A DNA stretch of 64,000 nucleotides, taken from assembly GCA_026770705.1 (NCBI GenBank), contig JANJGN010000013.1, positions 138,880,001-138,944,000 of the forward strand, read 5' to 3'. The notes beneath the pieces are model-generated. The model had not been told where the DNA came from and searched no databases. It was given only the letters and a program-made list of their open reading frames with translations. Source of the stretch: Isurus oxyrinchus. Taxonomy: Eukaryota. A program made the translations under genes and the position numbers. Numbering within the stretch: position 1 is the first letter of the stretch; each line of letters opens with the position of its first letter. Positions 1 to 13,045 of this stretch are shown here, piece by piece.

Positions 1-193
1 TATGCTTCTGCTTTACTTTATCACGTTACAATCTCACCTGCTTTTACTCTGACTTTCTCGTTAACTGGTATTGACTGTTTAAAATGACCAGGGGCATGTA
101 AAAGTTACGACCAATCGTAACTTTACATGTTCATTTAGGCCTCTCTTCAGAATAAAGTCCCGTTACATTCTGTGCACTGGTAAGGTTTTTCCC

Positions 194-680
194 ATGACCT
201 GTTTCCCCTTGCTGAGGGGTCAATTACCAGGGGGCAGACATTTAAGGTGATTGGTCGAAGGGTTAGAGGAGACGTGAGGAAAAATGTTTTCACCCAGAGG
301 GTGGTGGGCGTCTGGAATTCATTGCCTAAGTTGGTGGTTGAGGCTGAAATGCTCAACTCATTTAAAAGATACCTGGATCTGCACCTGAAGTGCTGGAACC
401 TGCAAGACTACAGACCAGGTGCTGGAAAGTGGGATTAAAATGTCTTATGGTCTTATAGGTTACGGGGAGAAGGCGGGAGAATGGGGTTGAGAAACTTATC
501 AGCCATGATTGAATGGTGGAGCAGACTTGATGGGCCGATTGGCCTCATTTCTGCTCCTATGTCTTCTGGTCTTATGGTCTTAAAATGAGTGGCTTGTTTC
601 CTTTCTCTCTTGTTTGACTGGCGCAGACATGATGAGCTGAATAGACTCTTTCTGTGCTGTAACTTTTCTATGGTTCTATG
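194..680 (+). mobile_element. CR1 LINE 3' fragment (end of ORF2 plus 3' UTR)
   Basis: ORF 247-438 RGDVRKNVFTQRVVGVWNSLP...FKRYLD is the typical CR1 ORF2 C-terminus. Ends in a TTCTATGGTTCTATG tail. Confidence 0.85.
443..579 (+). mobile_element. CR1 3' UTR/tail insertion nested in the older CR1
   Basis: Matches the reverse complement of the CR1 tail at 38508-38625. Flanked by TTAAAATG at 435-442 and 580-587 (TSD). Confidence 0.8.
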
Positions 681-1129
681 TGTGTGTTCTAATATGCATC
701 TTTAATCCGTCATTCTTGCTGAAAGCTTTGTCATAGTAAGGACACTGATAAGGCATTCACCAAATATGCATGCTTAATGTTCCATTGTAGGCGAATTTCT
801 GGCCACAATATGGACAAATCTTCTTCCCTCCAATCTTTTTATGGCTGAAAGTCCATTCACTGTTGTGTATTGGCACATCTCTCTGCCAGTGAGAAGGGAG
901 TCCGAAATAGAGCCTTCCGTACCTCACACTGGAATGGTTTCTCTTCCAAGTGTCTCTTTTTGTGGTTCATGTACATATTTCTGTGAACCCATCCTTAAAA
1001 GGATCTGGTGCTTTGCCCTTTCTGTTGGTATACACATGTTGTAACCCACTCTCAGAAAAGAAAACTCTTCTACGTGTCAAGAAGTTTTCTCCTTCAATGA
1101 CCTACAAAATGATTCCACTTTAAGCATGA

Positions 1130-1845
1130 GTTGCACATTTTTGCTTGAGTTGGACATGATGTTGTGACACAATGAGATTTTTCACAACTCGGGCACAGTT
1201 TGGAAGGTATCTGCCCATGATGGGACACATGTTGTTGAGATTGCTGAAGTCTCCTTGCCCACAACCCTTACACTTGAGCAGGTTAGGCAAGCTGTGTCTG
1301 CAGCCCTGAGTCTCAGGGTGCAGTCCTGTGTTACATCTTGGAATATAGCATGGCAGATTCAGTTTGGACTGCCAAGGTCATGGCTTTTTCCAAAGTTAAA
1401 TCATCATCCTCCATGAGGAGGCGTCCCCTAATTCGTGGAATTGAAATCTTTTCAATTAATTGGTCACAAATTAGTTCATTGGTTATTGTAGAAGATTTAC
1501 ATGTAGGTCAATTTCTGCAGCACTGCAGCATATTGTTTAATGGGCTCATCATTTCCCTGGGATCTCTGATGGAATGTACATCATTCGATTATCATATTTT
1601 TCTTTTGTCCTGAAGTATTTTCTGCAAGCACTTACTGCCATATCAAACGTAGACATATCTTCTCTGACGTACTTGAATATTCTCTGGCCTTCTGCTACAT
1701 CCAGACTGTCCATCCTGTAGTGAGCAAGTAGGTCCTGAGCCCTGAAGTCCATGCTGCCACAATATGGGAGGGTCTCCCGGCGATGAAAGAAATGGTTCTG
1801 GAGCTAATAAAGTTAAACTTTTCTCAATGATACTTGTTGTCACTC
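1130..1845 (-). pseudogene. Decayed Gypsy-type gag
   Basis: Minus strand reads ICDQLIEKISIPRIRGRLLMEDDDLTLEKAMTLAVQTE (gag D-Q-L...L-T-L-E-K-A motif). N-terminal PEPFLSSPGDPPILW. Frameshifted. Confidence 0.7.
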
Positions 1846-2421
1846 TTGTTATGTATTTGCTGGGTTGTTCTATATCTTAGATGACTAAATTATCTCAGAA
1901 CAATGCAGTGATAACTCTAGTTTGAAATCTCTATTCACAATACTTTTAAACATCTCAGAACTTATGGGATTTCCATCAAATACAGTCATTACTAGATCCC
2001 AGATCCTCTTTGGACCATTCCCAGAATGGTGTCAGTACCCAACTCTCTAGCTTCACCCACAGGCATAAGCAATCAAGCAAGTAATCAAGGATCAGTTACC
2101 TGACTTGCATAATCAAAAACAGATGAAACAAACCATTGAACAATATAGCCACACTTTTGGTCACCTATCCTAATAACTCCTTATTAGGCTCAGTGTTATA
2201 TTTTGTTTTATAATTCCCCTGTGAAGCACAGGGGGGTGTTTTATTATGCTAAAGGTGCTATATAAATACAAGTTCCTGTTAAATCCAACTAAACTGTTTT
2301 GATCAATGTTTTATCCTTTGCAATTTATTCCATAAGTCAAACAACTCCTGAATAAAAAAAATCTAATTTCTTATTTTTTGTTTTATATTTCCTTATTTTT
2401 AATGGACAGCAGTTGAATGCA

Positions 2422-2592
2422 ATGGCTCAGTAGGTGGTGCTCTTGCCTCTAAAGCAGAAGGTTGTAAGTTTGAGCCCCTTTATTTATTACTTCAGAGAAG
2501 TTAAATATATGCAAAATGTTTTGGGATGGCCTGAGAGTTAAGGCTTGATATAAATTCAAGGTGATAAAAGGCACTATATAAATGCAAGCCTA
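2422..2592 (+). mobile_element. Degenerate tRNA-derived SINE with L2-like tail
   Basis: A-box-like TGGCTCAGTAGG and B-box-like GTTTGAGCCCC. Tail AAAGGCACTATATAAATGCAAG, similar to 2220-2275. Confidence 0.55.
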
Positions 2593-5029
2593 TCTTCATC
2601 ACTGTGAACACATTAACCACTTCATTCATTCCCTTTCATATGCACATTGCCTGCAAAATCTGACAAAACTTTAGTAATTCAGTGCACGTGTCAGAAGTCA
2701 AGCAAAGAAACATCCTATTTTCAGGGCAGGTGAAACATTTCACAGTGAACTAGATTCAGGGGGAAGGCCGTGCCCTTTACTTCCTAATGCTGTACGCAGG
2801 GGCAGCGAGACATTGCCGGAACTCTGGGATGTTGACCCAGCTGATCATTTATGTGTTTCGACACCAAAGCAAATCCCAAATATCAAACAACTAACTAACA
2901 CATTGGCTCCATGGGTACAACACCTCACCCGTTCAGGCTGTGAGTCCAGGATTAATGAGATAAAGTCTGCCACAGATTCTTTCTCCGGTACTACAATTGC
3001 GAATGAATCAAATTTCATTTTCACAATGCAGAAGAGAGATTGATGTTACTAGATTAACCCATTGGCCATTATTAATATCTATTAGGCTCTTCCTACAGGA
3101 GGAAACTCAGACACAGTTGTATTTGTTTGTTTGTCTAAAAACTACAATAACAACAAAGAAAGTGTTAGCAGAACATTAATCCTGTAGTTCTGGTTAAATC
3201 ATACCTACATCAAACCTTAAACTTTGTCTAGCAGCAGGGCTGAAACCATCAAAGATGACGATATCTTCATACCTAATCCTCCTATTCACATACCACTTCC
3301 CCTCATGTCAAAACCGCTTCTGATTTACAAGCTGCAGATAGCTTAAGCACATACCACTTACCCCCTCTCCCCATACCTCATGCTTACTCAAATGACTCAT
3401 CCATTCAAATAGCTGAGAGATGTACCTTGGACAGCAATGGAGGAACACCTAGCGAATGACCATGAAGACATAGCAACGTCATGAGATTTCACACACAAGC
3501 AGCAGTTTAGATGCAGACACTGCACTTGGGTGGTAGGTTAGAGGCGAAATCTACATGAGACATGAGTGCGCTACAGTCAGGGCTGGCGGCAATGGATAGA
3601 TCAGGTTCTGGCACAGGTTCTGCTGCAGAGGTCTCAGCTAAGAACTTCAATGAGACAGCCTCCAGGAGAAAGCTAATGGGGTTGTGCAGAAAAATGCTTG
3701 GTGCTTTAGGAATCCTGCCAAATAACCTCCATTCAATGTTAAGAAGCATGAAGGAGTCCAGTTCCATCTTGGCACAGGGCTTTGTGCAGACTTTCAGTCC
3801 ACCCTTTCTGACATGGAAGTGATGGCCAACTACATTAGCACACTTGGGGACCCAACCATGATACGGTGTCTGACAGTCAATACAGAGCCCGAGTGCTGCA
3901 GTGGAATGTCGGACTGGTGCCATGCAAAGCCAGCTTGCTGCTAAGCAAGCTCGGGCTGCTGACACCATGACTGTGGTTATCAGTGTCTAAATGGGCCTGC
4001 AATGTACCACGCCAGCCCAGTAATCTGTCCTCCAGCAGATTGGTGGATGGATGAAGTGCCACCCCAGGGGATGGCAGCATTCTTCCTCACACCCCTGCCA
4101 TACCACCAGTGCCCTTGCTGTTCCCTGTCAGCCAACCAGCCCTGACTCCTGCCGTTCATGCCTAGGTGGCGCAGTCTAGAACTGGGCCTTCTAGGCCCGG
4201 AGCTGCTCGAGGACATCCATGAAGGCTATCTGCAGTCTCCTTCCCTTAAAGTCAGCAGTCTATCATCAGCCATGTTGGACTCACTGGGGTAACAATTCAT
4301 GGAGAATGCTGGCTGGAGCGTTGAGCTCCAAAATGGCATCACTGGCATCAAATCAGCCTTGAATGCTTCATATTTCTAGCGGCCATTAGCAGCTCGCGTG
4401 CCAATGCCCTCAAAAGATGGCACTCAGCACAATTCATGGTAGAAGTGGACACGCGTGTATCTGACACCATTTTGCTCCCTGAACAGCACCCCTAGTGCCC
4501 ACACTTTGCGCCAAAGTCGTCTTCTGTCTTTCCGACTTTGACTGACCTATTCCCAAATTCCATCATCATTAGCTTTAGTTATAAAAAACTGTCTCATGTA
4601 TCGCTTGGTATGAAAAACACTTGCGAGGTCTTTTAAATGTTAATATTGAACAGTTCAGTTCAAGAGCACCTTTTGCCTGCGTTGTTGTGTGACGGACAGA
4701 ACCTCAACCTTGGTTGATAAGGTCCAAGCAGCATTTCTTAAGCTGCAGTTTACCGATCATGGACGCGGAGCAATCCTATATTTTCATTGTCTCAACTTTT
4801 GTGCTTGTCGTTAATCACCTTGCAACCGGAAAGGGAAAGAACGTAATGCCCCATGCCCAGTCCTCCCCTCCCCCACCGTCAATATTCAGGGCAAATAACA
4901 CAACAATCCTTTAACTATTTATGAAATCATTAGTGATTAGGCGAGACAGCACTAACTTTGATTCAGGCTTAGTTAAAATTGGATTGAAGCCTGATTTACA
5001 AGAAGCAGTGAAATTGTTATGACAAAGCA

Positions 5030-6023
5030 GCCTGAATTATATTTGGTTTGAGGATCGAGCACTCTTGAGGTATTCCCGATAATGGAAGGAATGTGAGCAA
5101 ATGGCAGCTGGATGAGGACCTCTACAGGCCATTCAGGGAATGCCGACAGAGAGCCGGCACCATCACCCGAAGGCTCGCAAATGAGGCCGCTTACCTTCAA
5201 CTTCAGCAGTTTTAACAGCTAATATCGCAAGCAGCCGAAGAAATGGAGGCTTCTATCCACCTCCAATCATTTTGCAACGGTTTATGGGCCTGAACCTTGC
5301 GGTGGGAGGACGGTGGCTGCCTAAGGATAGGGAGGGTGTGGACAGGCGCTCTCTGAAGGCTGACCGCTGCTGCGGAGCTGCCTCGGGGAGCTCCAATCCT
5401 GCAGGAGTGAAATGAGGTTGATAAACCGCTGTAAACCGTGTCAATACTGCAACTGCAGGCACCTGACAGCAGGCCCATATAGCACCTCATCCCTCGAGCA
5501 TCTTCTTCTGTCTGGAAAAACTCAGCAGGTCTGGCAGCATCGGCGGAGAGTCCTCGAGGACTCGAAACGTCAGCTTTGTTCTTCTCCGCCGATGCTGCCA
5601 GACCTGCTGAGTTTGACCAGGTATTTCTGCTTTTGTTTTGGATTTCCAGCATCCGCAGTTTTCTGTTTTTGTTTCTATCTTCTTCTGTCCTCCTTAACCC
5701 CGGACACGTTATCCCGCCCCGGCTGGAGTTTCGTAGTGAAAATGTGAAGGCTGCCTGGCCGATTGACCCGTCCACCAACGGTAAAGGTGAATAAAATCAC
5801 TGACAATGGGGCTCCTTAACGGGCTTAATTGCCCGCTTAATTGTCGGCACGCTCGCTTCAGACTCCTGCACCGCCTGCCAACCATAACGTGGGCCTGCGG
5901 GTGCAATGACATCGGTGGGGGGGTGGGGGGTGGAGGGGCGGGGTTGCCTGACACCTTCGCGCACAGTTTCACGGGATTCCGAGTAGGGCACATGCCCGCG
6001 TGTTCAGCGTAAAATCCTGACCC
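5030..6023. mobile_element. PIF/Harbinger-type non-autonomous element (MITE)
   Basis: Right end GCGTAAAATCCTGACCCC resembles the GGGC..RATTTT terminal repeats of other copies. Internal blocks (GATTGACCCGTCCACCAA, CCTTAACGGGCTTAATTG) are shared in inverted orientation with 31370-31986. Left boundary uncertain. Confidence 0.55.
5513..5676 (+). mobile_element. Penelope-like element (PLE) terminal repeat with inverted 5' piece
   Basis: CTGGAAAAACTCAGCAGGTCTGGCAGCATCGGCGGAGA inverted against ...CCGATGCTGCCAGACCTGCTGAG. 13-bp TSD ATCTTCTTCTGTC at 5500-5512 and 5677-5689. Confidence 0.8.
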
Positions 6024-6277
6024 CGGTTTTACACCGAGCGATTAAACATTTCTCTTCCCACTGAAGATTAGCCCTTGCACTTAGCAGGTCCCCCGTGGCA
6101 GTGCTCATAGGTGGTCTGGGATCTGCAGCACGGTTGTGAATGTTTGGTTGTGCTTTGCAGGCCACCGTACAAGTATTCTCCCGGGAGGTGGGGGTGGGGG
6201 CAAAAGCAGAAAGATCCAGGGCATTGAAGCTGCTTGCATCAATGTAACACACTGCAAACAACCCTTTATATACGGAA

Positions 6278-6497
6278 TAAAAACAAACAATGCTGGAAAT
6301 ACGTAGCAGTTCAGACAGAGAGAGGCAAGCGTTTCAGGTCTTACATCAGAACTGGGAAAAGTTAGAAATGCAATAGGTTTTAAGCAAGTGAAAGAGGAGC
6401 TGGTGGGAGAAAGAACAAAATGGAAAGAGCTCCGAAGAAGAGTCATACGGGACCGGAAACGTTAACTCTGTTTTTCTCTCCACAGAGTCGATGCTGC
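6278..6497. mobile_element. PLE terminal fragments, head-to-head
   Basis: AATGCTGGAAATA..CAGCAG on the left. Degenerate hammerhead CCGAAGA-AGAGTC..GACC-GGAAACGTTAACT at about 6432-6468. Confidence 0.6.
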
Positions 6498-6811
6498 AGG
6501 GTCGAAGGGAGTGGTAATGGGACAAGTGAAGAAACCATAGCTGTGTCCAGAGAAGGTGTGAATGACAGAATGGACGGAATATTTTTTCAGGAAAATGACA
6601 TAATATGTTGAAGATTATTTTACTCTGAGGGGAGTGAACGGAAGATAAGCAAAGCCACAAATCAGCATGTGGCTACTTGAATAAGTACAAATGGCATCAG
6701 CAGAAGACCTCTTACACACGTCAGATAAATTGGAGCTGCTCACAACTCTTCTGGAGTTTTTATACTTTGAGAAAGGTCAGTACCTCACAAGCAACTAGAC
6801 CTTTCCACAAT

Positions 6812-6910
6812 AAAAACTGAAAATACTGGAAATGCTCAGCGGGTCTGACAGTATTCGTGGAGAGGGAAACGGTGCTTAATGTTTCAGGTCAACGATCTTT
6901 CATCAAAACC
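6812..6910 (-). mobile_element. PLE terminal fragment
   Basis: Minus strand TTTGATGAAAGATCGTTGACCTGAAACATTAA followed by the CAGACCCGCTGAGCATTTCCAG tail. Confidence 0.6.
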
Positions 6911-7219
6911 AGACTTTTCCATCATTGGACTGACAGGAACGGGGTGGCTTTTATGTTCGCAGACCCAGTGAATGTTCATGAGGCTCAGAAGGAAAGGATA
7001 TTTTAACGGTATTTTGTTGAGAAAGTAAGGAGGGGAGGGGTTTGTCCTGATTGACAGGGACAGCAGCCAATCCAGGGAAGCCAAGCCACTTACTGGAAAC
7101 AAATAGTTGATATTTCAGTCAGTATTCCTGGCACAGGGCTCAACCTCTCTGAGAAAACCATTTGCCTCACCTACAGGAAGTCCTATGAGTAACAAAAAAG
7201 TCACAACAAAAAAGTTACA

Positions 7220-7413
7220 AGCAAAGTGCTGCGGATGCTGGAAATCTGACGGAACAACAGAAAATGCTGGAAAATCTCAGCAGGTCTGACAGCACCTGCG
7301 GAGAGAGGAACAGAGTTGACGTTTCCAGTCCGCATGACCCTTCTCTCTTTCTCTCTCTGCGCAGATGTGGTCAGACCTGCTGAGTTTTTCCAGCATATTC
7401 AGTTTCTCTTTCA
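7220..7413. mobile_element. PLE terminal fragments forming a hairpin
   Basis: GCGGATGCTGGAAATCTG...CTCAGCAGGTCTGAC inverted against GTCAGACCTGCTGAGTTTTTCCAGCA. Confidence 0.7.
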
Positions 7414-7429
7414 GTGAGAAAGTTACGTT

Positions 7430-9080
7430 GGGTGGAATTTAATGCCCCTCCCCCACCGCCCCTGAGGTGAGTTCGGAGACAGAAGGCTCTTTGATCGGGG
7501 AGGAGGGTGCAGCATGGGGACCCCACCCACCTACCCGACTCCCCCGATGAAGGTGGAAAGGGCCGTTTTCCACCCAGAGGCCCTTAAGTTAAAAGCAAAA
7601 TACTGCAGATGCTGGAAATCTGAAACAAAAACAAAAAATAAAAATAGCTGGAAAGACTGAGCAGGTCTGGCAGCATCTGCGGAGACGAATACAGTTAACT
7701 TTTCGAGTCCATATGACTCTTCAACAGAACTGAAGAAAAATAGAAATGAGGTGAAATATAAGCTGGTTGAGGGGAGGTGGGACAGGTGGAGCTGGATAGA
7801 GGGCCAGTGATAGGTAGAGGCAAAGGAGAGATTGCCAAAGATGTCATAAACAAAAGGACAAAGGGGTGTTGATGGTGGTGATATTACCTAAAGGATGTGC
7901 TAACGGTGACATTAAGGGTAGAAAGCAGGACGAGCAAGGTACAGATGGCCCTAGTGGTGGTGGGGTGGGGGGAAGGGATGGAAATAGGCTAAAAGGTGGA
8001 GATAAAACAATGGACGGAAATAAATTTAAAAATAATAATGGAAATAGGTGGGAAAAGAAAAATATATTTAAAAGATATATAAATTATTAGAAAAAAGGGG
8101 GGTCGGAAAGGGAGTGGGGATGGAGGAGAGAGTTCATGATCTAAAATTGTTGAACTCAATATTCAGTCCGGAAGGCTGTAAAGTGCCTAGTCGGAAGATG
8201 AGGTGCTGTTCCTCCAGTTTGCGTTGGGCTTCACTGGAACATTGCAGCAGGCCAAGGACGGACATGTGGGCATGAGAGCAGGGTGGGGTGTTGAAATGGC
8301 AAGCGACAGGGAGGTCTGGGTCATGCTTGCGGACAGACTGAGATGTCCCGCAAAGCGGTCACCCAGTCTGCGTTTGGTCTCCAATGTAGAGGAGGCCGCA
8401 TTGGGAGCAGTGAATGCAGTAGACTAAGTTGAGGGAAGTGCAAGTGAAATGCTGCTTCACTTGAAAGGAGTGTTTAGGTCCTTGGATGGTGAGGAGGGGT
8501 CCCACTTAAGGGTCACTTAAGAGCTTCCTCTCACCGACGCTGGTATTCAACCAGCATCGAGCAGGCGACTCGCAATCCCGCGGGGTCACCCAGCAAGCTC
8601 TGTCAGATTTGCCTATAGCCTTTAAGGTGGGGTTTGGGGGTGGGGGGGGGTGTCCCTCTTTCAAAGGCATTCAGTGCCCAGTAGAGGGACCTGGCATCAG
8701 GAAGGGGTCCTGCTGAAAGCCAGCCCTGCCCTTATTTCTGAACACCCTGGCCTGAGACTCCCTCCCTGTGACACCCATTCTATCCACACTCGTCTCTGTC
8801 TGAGGATCCATCGCCAATCCCTGCTCCAGTCTTGAGTGTAGTACCAGCAGTGACCACCACTCCCAGTGGCACTGCCGATACTGCAGAACAGCCAGCCTGT
8901 GATTGGTCAGCACCTCTCAGGGCAGGATTTCCACCTATTGGGCCCAAGTTGAGTGGGAGGCCTGACACTGTCCGGGGGAATTGTCTGATGACCTCATAAA
9001 TGTGTCAGGCCCAGAGAGCAGTGTCATAGGGTCTCCACCAGTCCTTCAACAAATGAGCAAGACATTCATTAAATTGCAGT
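7430..9080. mobile_element. Harbinger-type MITE interrupted by a PLE
   Basis: Starts GGTGGAATTTAATG, with CATTAAATTG near 9068. Internal CCACTTAAGGG and CCCAGTGGC motifs are shared with 10178-10916 and 59515-60224. Confidence 0.45.
7591..8500 (-). mobile_element. 5'-truncated Penelope-like element with GIY-YIG endonuclease remnant and terminal repeat
   Basis: Minus strand VYCIHCSQCGLL..ETKRRLGDRFAGHL (GIY-YIG, ORF 8187-8384) followed by the hammerhead-bearing terminal repeat at 7693-7731. Confidence 0.9.
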
Positions 9081-9438
9081 TATTTCAAGTGTCATCAATG
9101 TTCTCTTTATTGGTAAATTCCAACTGGTGAAAAACCCATGCTGATGGCTCAAATCAACATCATATTTCATGCAAACTATCATGTACTACACTTTCACCTT
9201 TCTTGCTTTATAGAAGTCCTCAGTTTCTAATTTGTCATTTTATAACATTTTGATTCATGTGTCCCTGCCATGTCAGTTTTACTTTGTTTGTATCTCAAAA
9301 GTAAAATATTGAAGCCAACTTAAACCAAGGAATCTGAGTAACGTCCTGTCATTCGCAACCTCCTCTTGTGAGAATTTACTTATCCGCGCAATATTCTTTG
9401 TACACCAGTTCACCCATTGCGGGCCCAAATTCACTCAC

Positions 9439-9620
9439 CCCCCCCGTCTTAAAAATGAAAAGTAGAAGCCATCTTTAGAAAATGGCAAAACAAATGAAAA
9501 TAAATAAAGTTTAAGAAGTCTCCATGATGTTCTGCCAGCCTCTTCCCCCAGCCCCCACACCAGTGACCCCGGCAACAAGAACTTCCTGTGACCCTGGTTG
9601 CAGTCCGCCTCCGCTCTAAA
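9439..9620 (-). promoter_or_regulatory. Candidate promoter / non-coding first exon
   Basis: ETS site ACAGGAAGT (9581-9589), RFX-like GTTGCCGGGGTCAC (9563-9576), donor GG|GTGAGT at 9439/9438. Local CpGs in non-repeat DNA. Confidence 0.4.
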
Positions 9621-9899
9621 GTAAAGTGTTGTGACATATTTTACATTTTTCTTGTTTCCTTGCTTTATTAAGCAATTTGTCCGGTAAATTTCGCTTTTAA
9701 GTTCATTCAAAGCATAGTTTTTCATTGCCTTTGATCCTTTATAGATATAAAATTTTAGGATGGCTGGAAGCTATCTTATTGACTCCTGTTGTAAAGTATG
9801 ATCATCGTTCGCAATTCCGCCATTTGCGAGGTTTTGTGGGAATGTAACCACCCCCCCCTCCCCCACCCCGCCCCCGTGGATGGTGGGACTTTACTGTAC

Positions 9900-11030
9900 A
9901 GGTGTTTAAAATCATCAAGGGTCCAGGTAGAGTAAATAAAGAGACAATATTCCCAGTTGATGAAGGGTCAATATGTAAAGATTTGTATTACAGATTTATA
10001 ACACAAACATGTACAGATTTAACTGGCAAAAGAACCAGAGGTGACATGAGCAATAACCTTTTTACACAACGACTGGCTGTGTTTTGTAAAGTACTGCCTG
10101 ATAGGGTTTTGGATACAGATTTAATAGTGTTCTTCAGAAGAAAGTTGGATAAATATTTGAGGGAGCAATATTTGCAGGGGTTTGAATTTTACAAAGCACC
10201 ATATTCCCTGCTCCTTCACACCACCCACCCCCCCCCAGCAACCGAAAAGTCATTCATCAGTCCCCCCAGCTGCTCCGGAGCGATATTATGCTGAGAGCAG
10301 CCTTAATCATTTCAGACTGGGACTTCCACTCCCATCTGGGAGAAAGTGCTGCCCTAGAGCATTGCCGGTCAATCCAATGGGCCTAGCAGTGCCAGGATTG
10401 ATTGGTAGCCACTGCTGGGACTACAGGCAGTCCCTGAGGAAGAAGAAGTCACGGAGCCCAGACAGAAAGGCAAGTTTGGGATTTTCGATGAATCAGACTA
10501 GCAGACCCCAGCAAGTGGGGGATGGCGGGGGGCAGAGTTTGAGAGGCCAGAGGGTTAGGGTTAAAGAGGGGGGTTCGCTCTTGAGTTTGCCTCGGATAGG
10601 CACAGCAGTCCCCCCAAAGGAGATACGCACCCCTGCTTCCCACCCAACAACAGCCCATGCAGTGAAAGGTTCCAGGCTGCCTGCCTTGCCTCTGCCTCCC
10701 CTGTAACATAGCAGTGGAGGTGGAATGAGACCCTGAAGTGGCCATTAATTGGCCACTTAAGGCTTCAATAGGCCTAAGGGCAGGCCTGTCACCTTCCCCG
10801 CCCATTGCAACGTGGGGATGGGTGGGAAGACAGTGGGAAGGCCACATGCTTTATTTGACGAGACCCCCACCTGCAAATATGCTGGCAGCAAGGGGGGGCA
10901 CCATAAAATCCAGCCCAGGGATATTGGGAAGGAGCAGAGAGCGGAACTATTTGAGTTGCTCTTCAAAAGAACCAGTGCAGAATCAATGGACTGAATAGCC
11001 TCCTTCTGTAGTAATATCCTATGGCTCTAC
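9900..11030 (+). mobile_element. CR1 3' fragment split by a MITE
   Basis: FKIIKG..RVNKETIFP...FTQRLA...LP...FRRKLDKYL (ORF 9902). 3' UTR resumes at about 10917. Confidence 0.75.
10178..10916. mobile_element. PIF/Harbinger-type MITE
   Basis: Imperfect TIRs GGGTTTGAATTTTA / TAAAATCCAGCCC. Precisely interrupts the CR1. Possible 3-bp CAG TSD. Confidence 0.7.
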
Positions 11031-12324
11031 AAGACTTGCAAGGTGCAAAGTGTGACATAGGAAGTATGACAAAAACATGCACCATACATGCCATCTTCTT
11101 TGCTAGCAACTCCTCCATGGTGCTGCTTACAGCATGTCAGAGGATTAATAAGACCTGGCACATTAGTCGCTGAAAAATGAAGGTGGGAAAATCTAATATT
11201 ACAATGTCCAATTGCTGTTAAATAACACTGGGTTCATCCAGAGGTCAATGAAATAGGCACTCGGTAATCTTATACAGATGACAGTTAAGAAACTCTAGAC
11301 AACTCATTTTATGTTCCTGTGGAACTGTTTTATTAAATTCACTGAGAGGTGAAAGTGAGATAGGAATTGTGGCAAAAAAAGTGTAATAGGCTGGAAATGG
11401 ACAGTGGATGTACTGTTTTGTAATATTTTGGGGGATCGCCCATGTCTCTGGTCAGACTGAGTAAGAGGACACGCTTCTTTTCCCATATATTATTAGAGCC
11501 ACTCGCAGTGGGTTGCATCCCTGCCTTTGAGTTAGAAGGTCTGGGTTCCAGCCCCACTCTGACACTTGATGGCTACAGAAGCTTGGAACCAGGTGTGCTA
11601 TGTCTGCCTGTCTCATTGGACACAGGAATGCTTCATATAAGGTGGGTGAATCATTGAAATTGAATCTGTATTACAAAGAGGAGTGTTCAGGCTCAAACTA
11701 TGGGGTATAATTTATGCTTTGACACTCCAGGTTTGGTAGCCAAAAAATCATGTCAGAATTCATGTATGAGCCCAATTTATGGTCTACCTAACTTTCCACC
11801 TACTAATTATAATCTATATGTATTTATTACTCCAGGGAGAAAAATCCTTCTTGTCTCAAATACTTCTCTACTCCCGTGTAAATTGTCAAAAAAAGGGTGA
11901 ATTACTAACTTGCAGGACATGTATTTGGAGGGAATCATTCTCATGTACCTGTTCAAACAACTCGATTTTTTAGCTCTTTCTTTCCACGGAAATAAATTAC
12001 AGAGACCAACGTGGACCATTTTACTTTCTGTTTATTGTACTGGTGAAGGCACAGTGAGGATATGAGATCGCTGATGTATCAGTTTCAAGTGTTGGTTTTC
12101 AGTCCCCTCAAATCTCATGCAACGAAACCAGAATTTAATGTAGCCATCATCATAAATGCAGTGACCCTGATTACAGGGGATCATAGGCAAAAACACTGCT
12201 TTTCCAATCTCACTGAAAATCTAACAGGGCTATGACACAATTTCCAAATACTGGTATAAAATAAAATCCCAGAATCCTGTATAACCAGCACTTGATTTCC
12301 AAACAAAAATTGTTAGAAACGTTT

Positions 12325-12968
12325 GTAATGGTAATGCCACCACACTAGTAATCCAGAGACATAAGTCCAAATCACATAATGGCAGCTGGGGAATTTAATT
12401 CAATTAAATGAATCTGGAATTTAAAAAAAGCCAGTCTCAGTATGGTAGTGTAGTGATAATGCCACTGGACTCGTAATCCAGAGGTCCAGGCTAATGCTCT
12501 GGGGGAAAAAAAGGGTTCAGATCCTACCATGGTGGAATTTAAATACAGCTAACAATTTGGAATTGGAAGCTAGTCTCAGTAATGGTGACCATAAAAACCT
12601 GTCTGATCAAGCCTGCATATGAATGTGGTTGATTCTGAAATGGTGTGGCAAGCCAATTAGGGATGGGCAACAAAGGCTGGCCTCACTAGTGCTGGCCATG
12701 TCCCATGAAAAACATAAAGGAAAACAAAAAGGTAATGATGACCATGAAACTAACAGATCGGTGAAAAAAACCCATCTGATTCACTAATGTCCTTTAGGGA
12801 AGGAAATCTGCTGTCCTTCCTGGGTCTGGCCTACAGGTGACGCCAGCCCCTTAACAAGCCATTCAAGAAAACAAGAACATGACTCACCACCACCTTCTCA
12901 AGGGCAGTTAGGAATAGGCAATAAATGCTGGGCAAGAAATACCCACCTCCTATGAACGGATTAAAAAA
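12325..12968 (+). mobile_element. Two nested tRNA-derived SINEs (MetaSINE-like core)
   Basis: Heads with ACTAGTAATCCAGAG...GGTTCAGATCC. Core AAAACCCATCTGATTCACTAATGTCCTTTAGGGAAGGAAATCTG. Tail GGCAATAAATGCTGG shared with the LINE at 27306-29170. Inner copy about 12441-12725. Confidence 0.75.
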
Positions 12969-13045
12969 AACTCAGCAGGTCGCGTAGCAACTGTGGAGAA
13001 GGAAACAGAGTTGATGTTTTGGGTCAATGACCTTTTATCAGAACG
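12969..13045 (-). mobile_element. PLE terminal fragment
   Basis: Minus strand GTTCTGATAAAAGGTCATTGACCCAAAACATCAACT (decayed hammerhead). Confidence 0.6.

Noticed and set aside
3500-4300. ORF cluster, possibly a Harbinger accessory-gene remnant
   Set aside because: No motif I can pin down and boundaries unclear.
5195-5400. Minus-strand exon-like segment with acceptor and GTAAGC donor
   Set aside because: Lies inside a MITE whose family carries such splice-like motifs.
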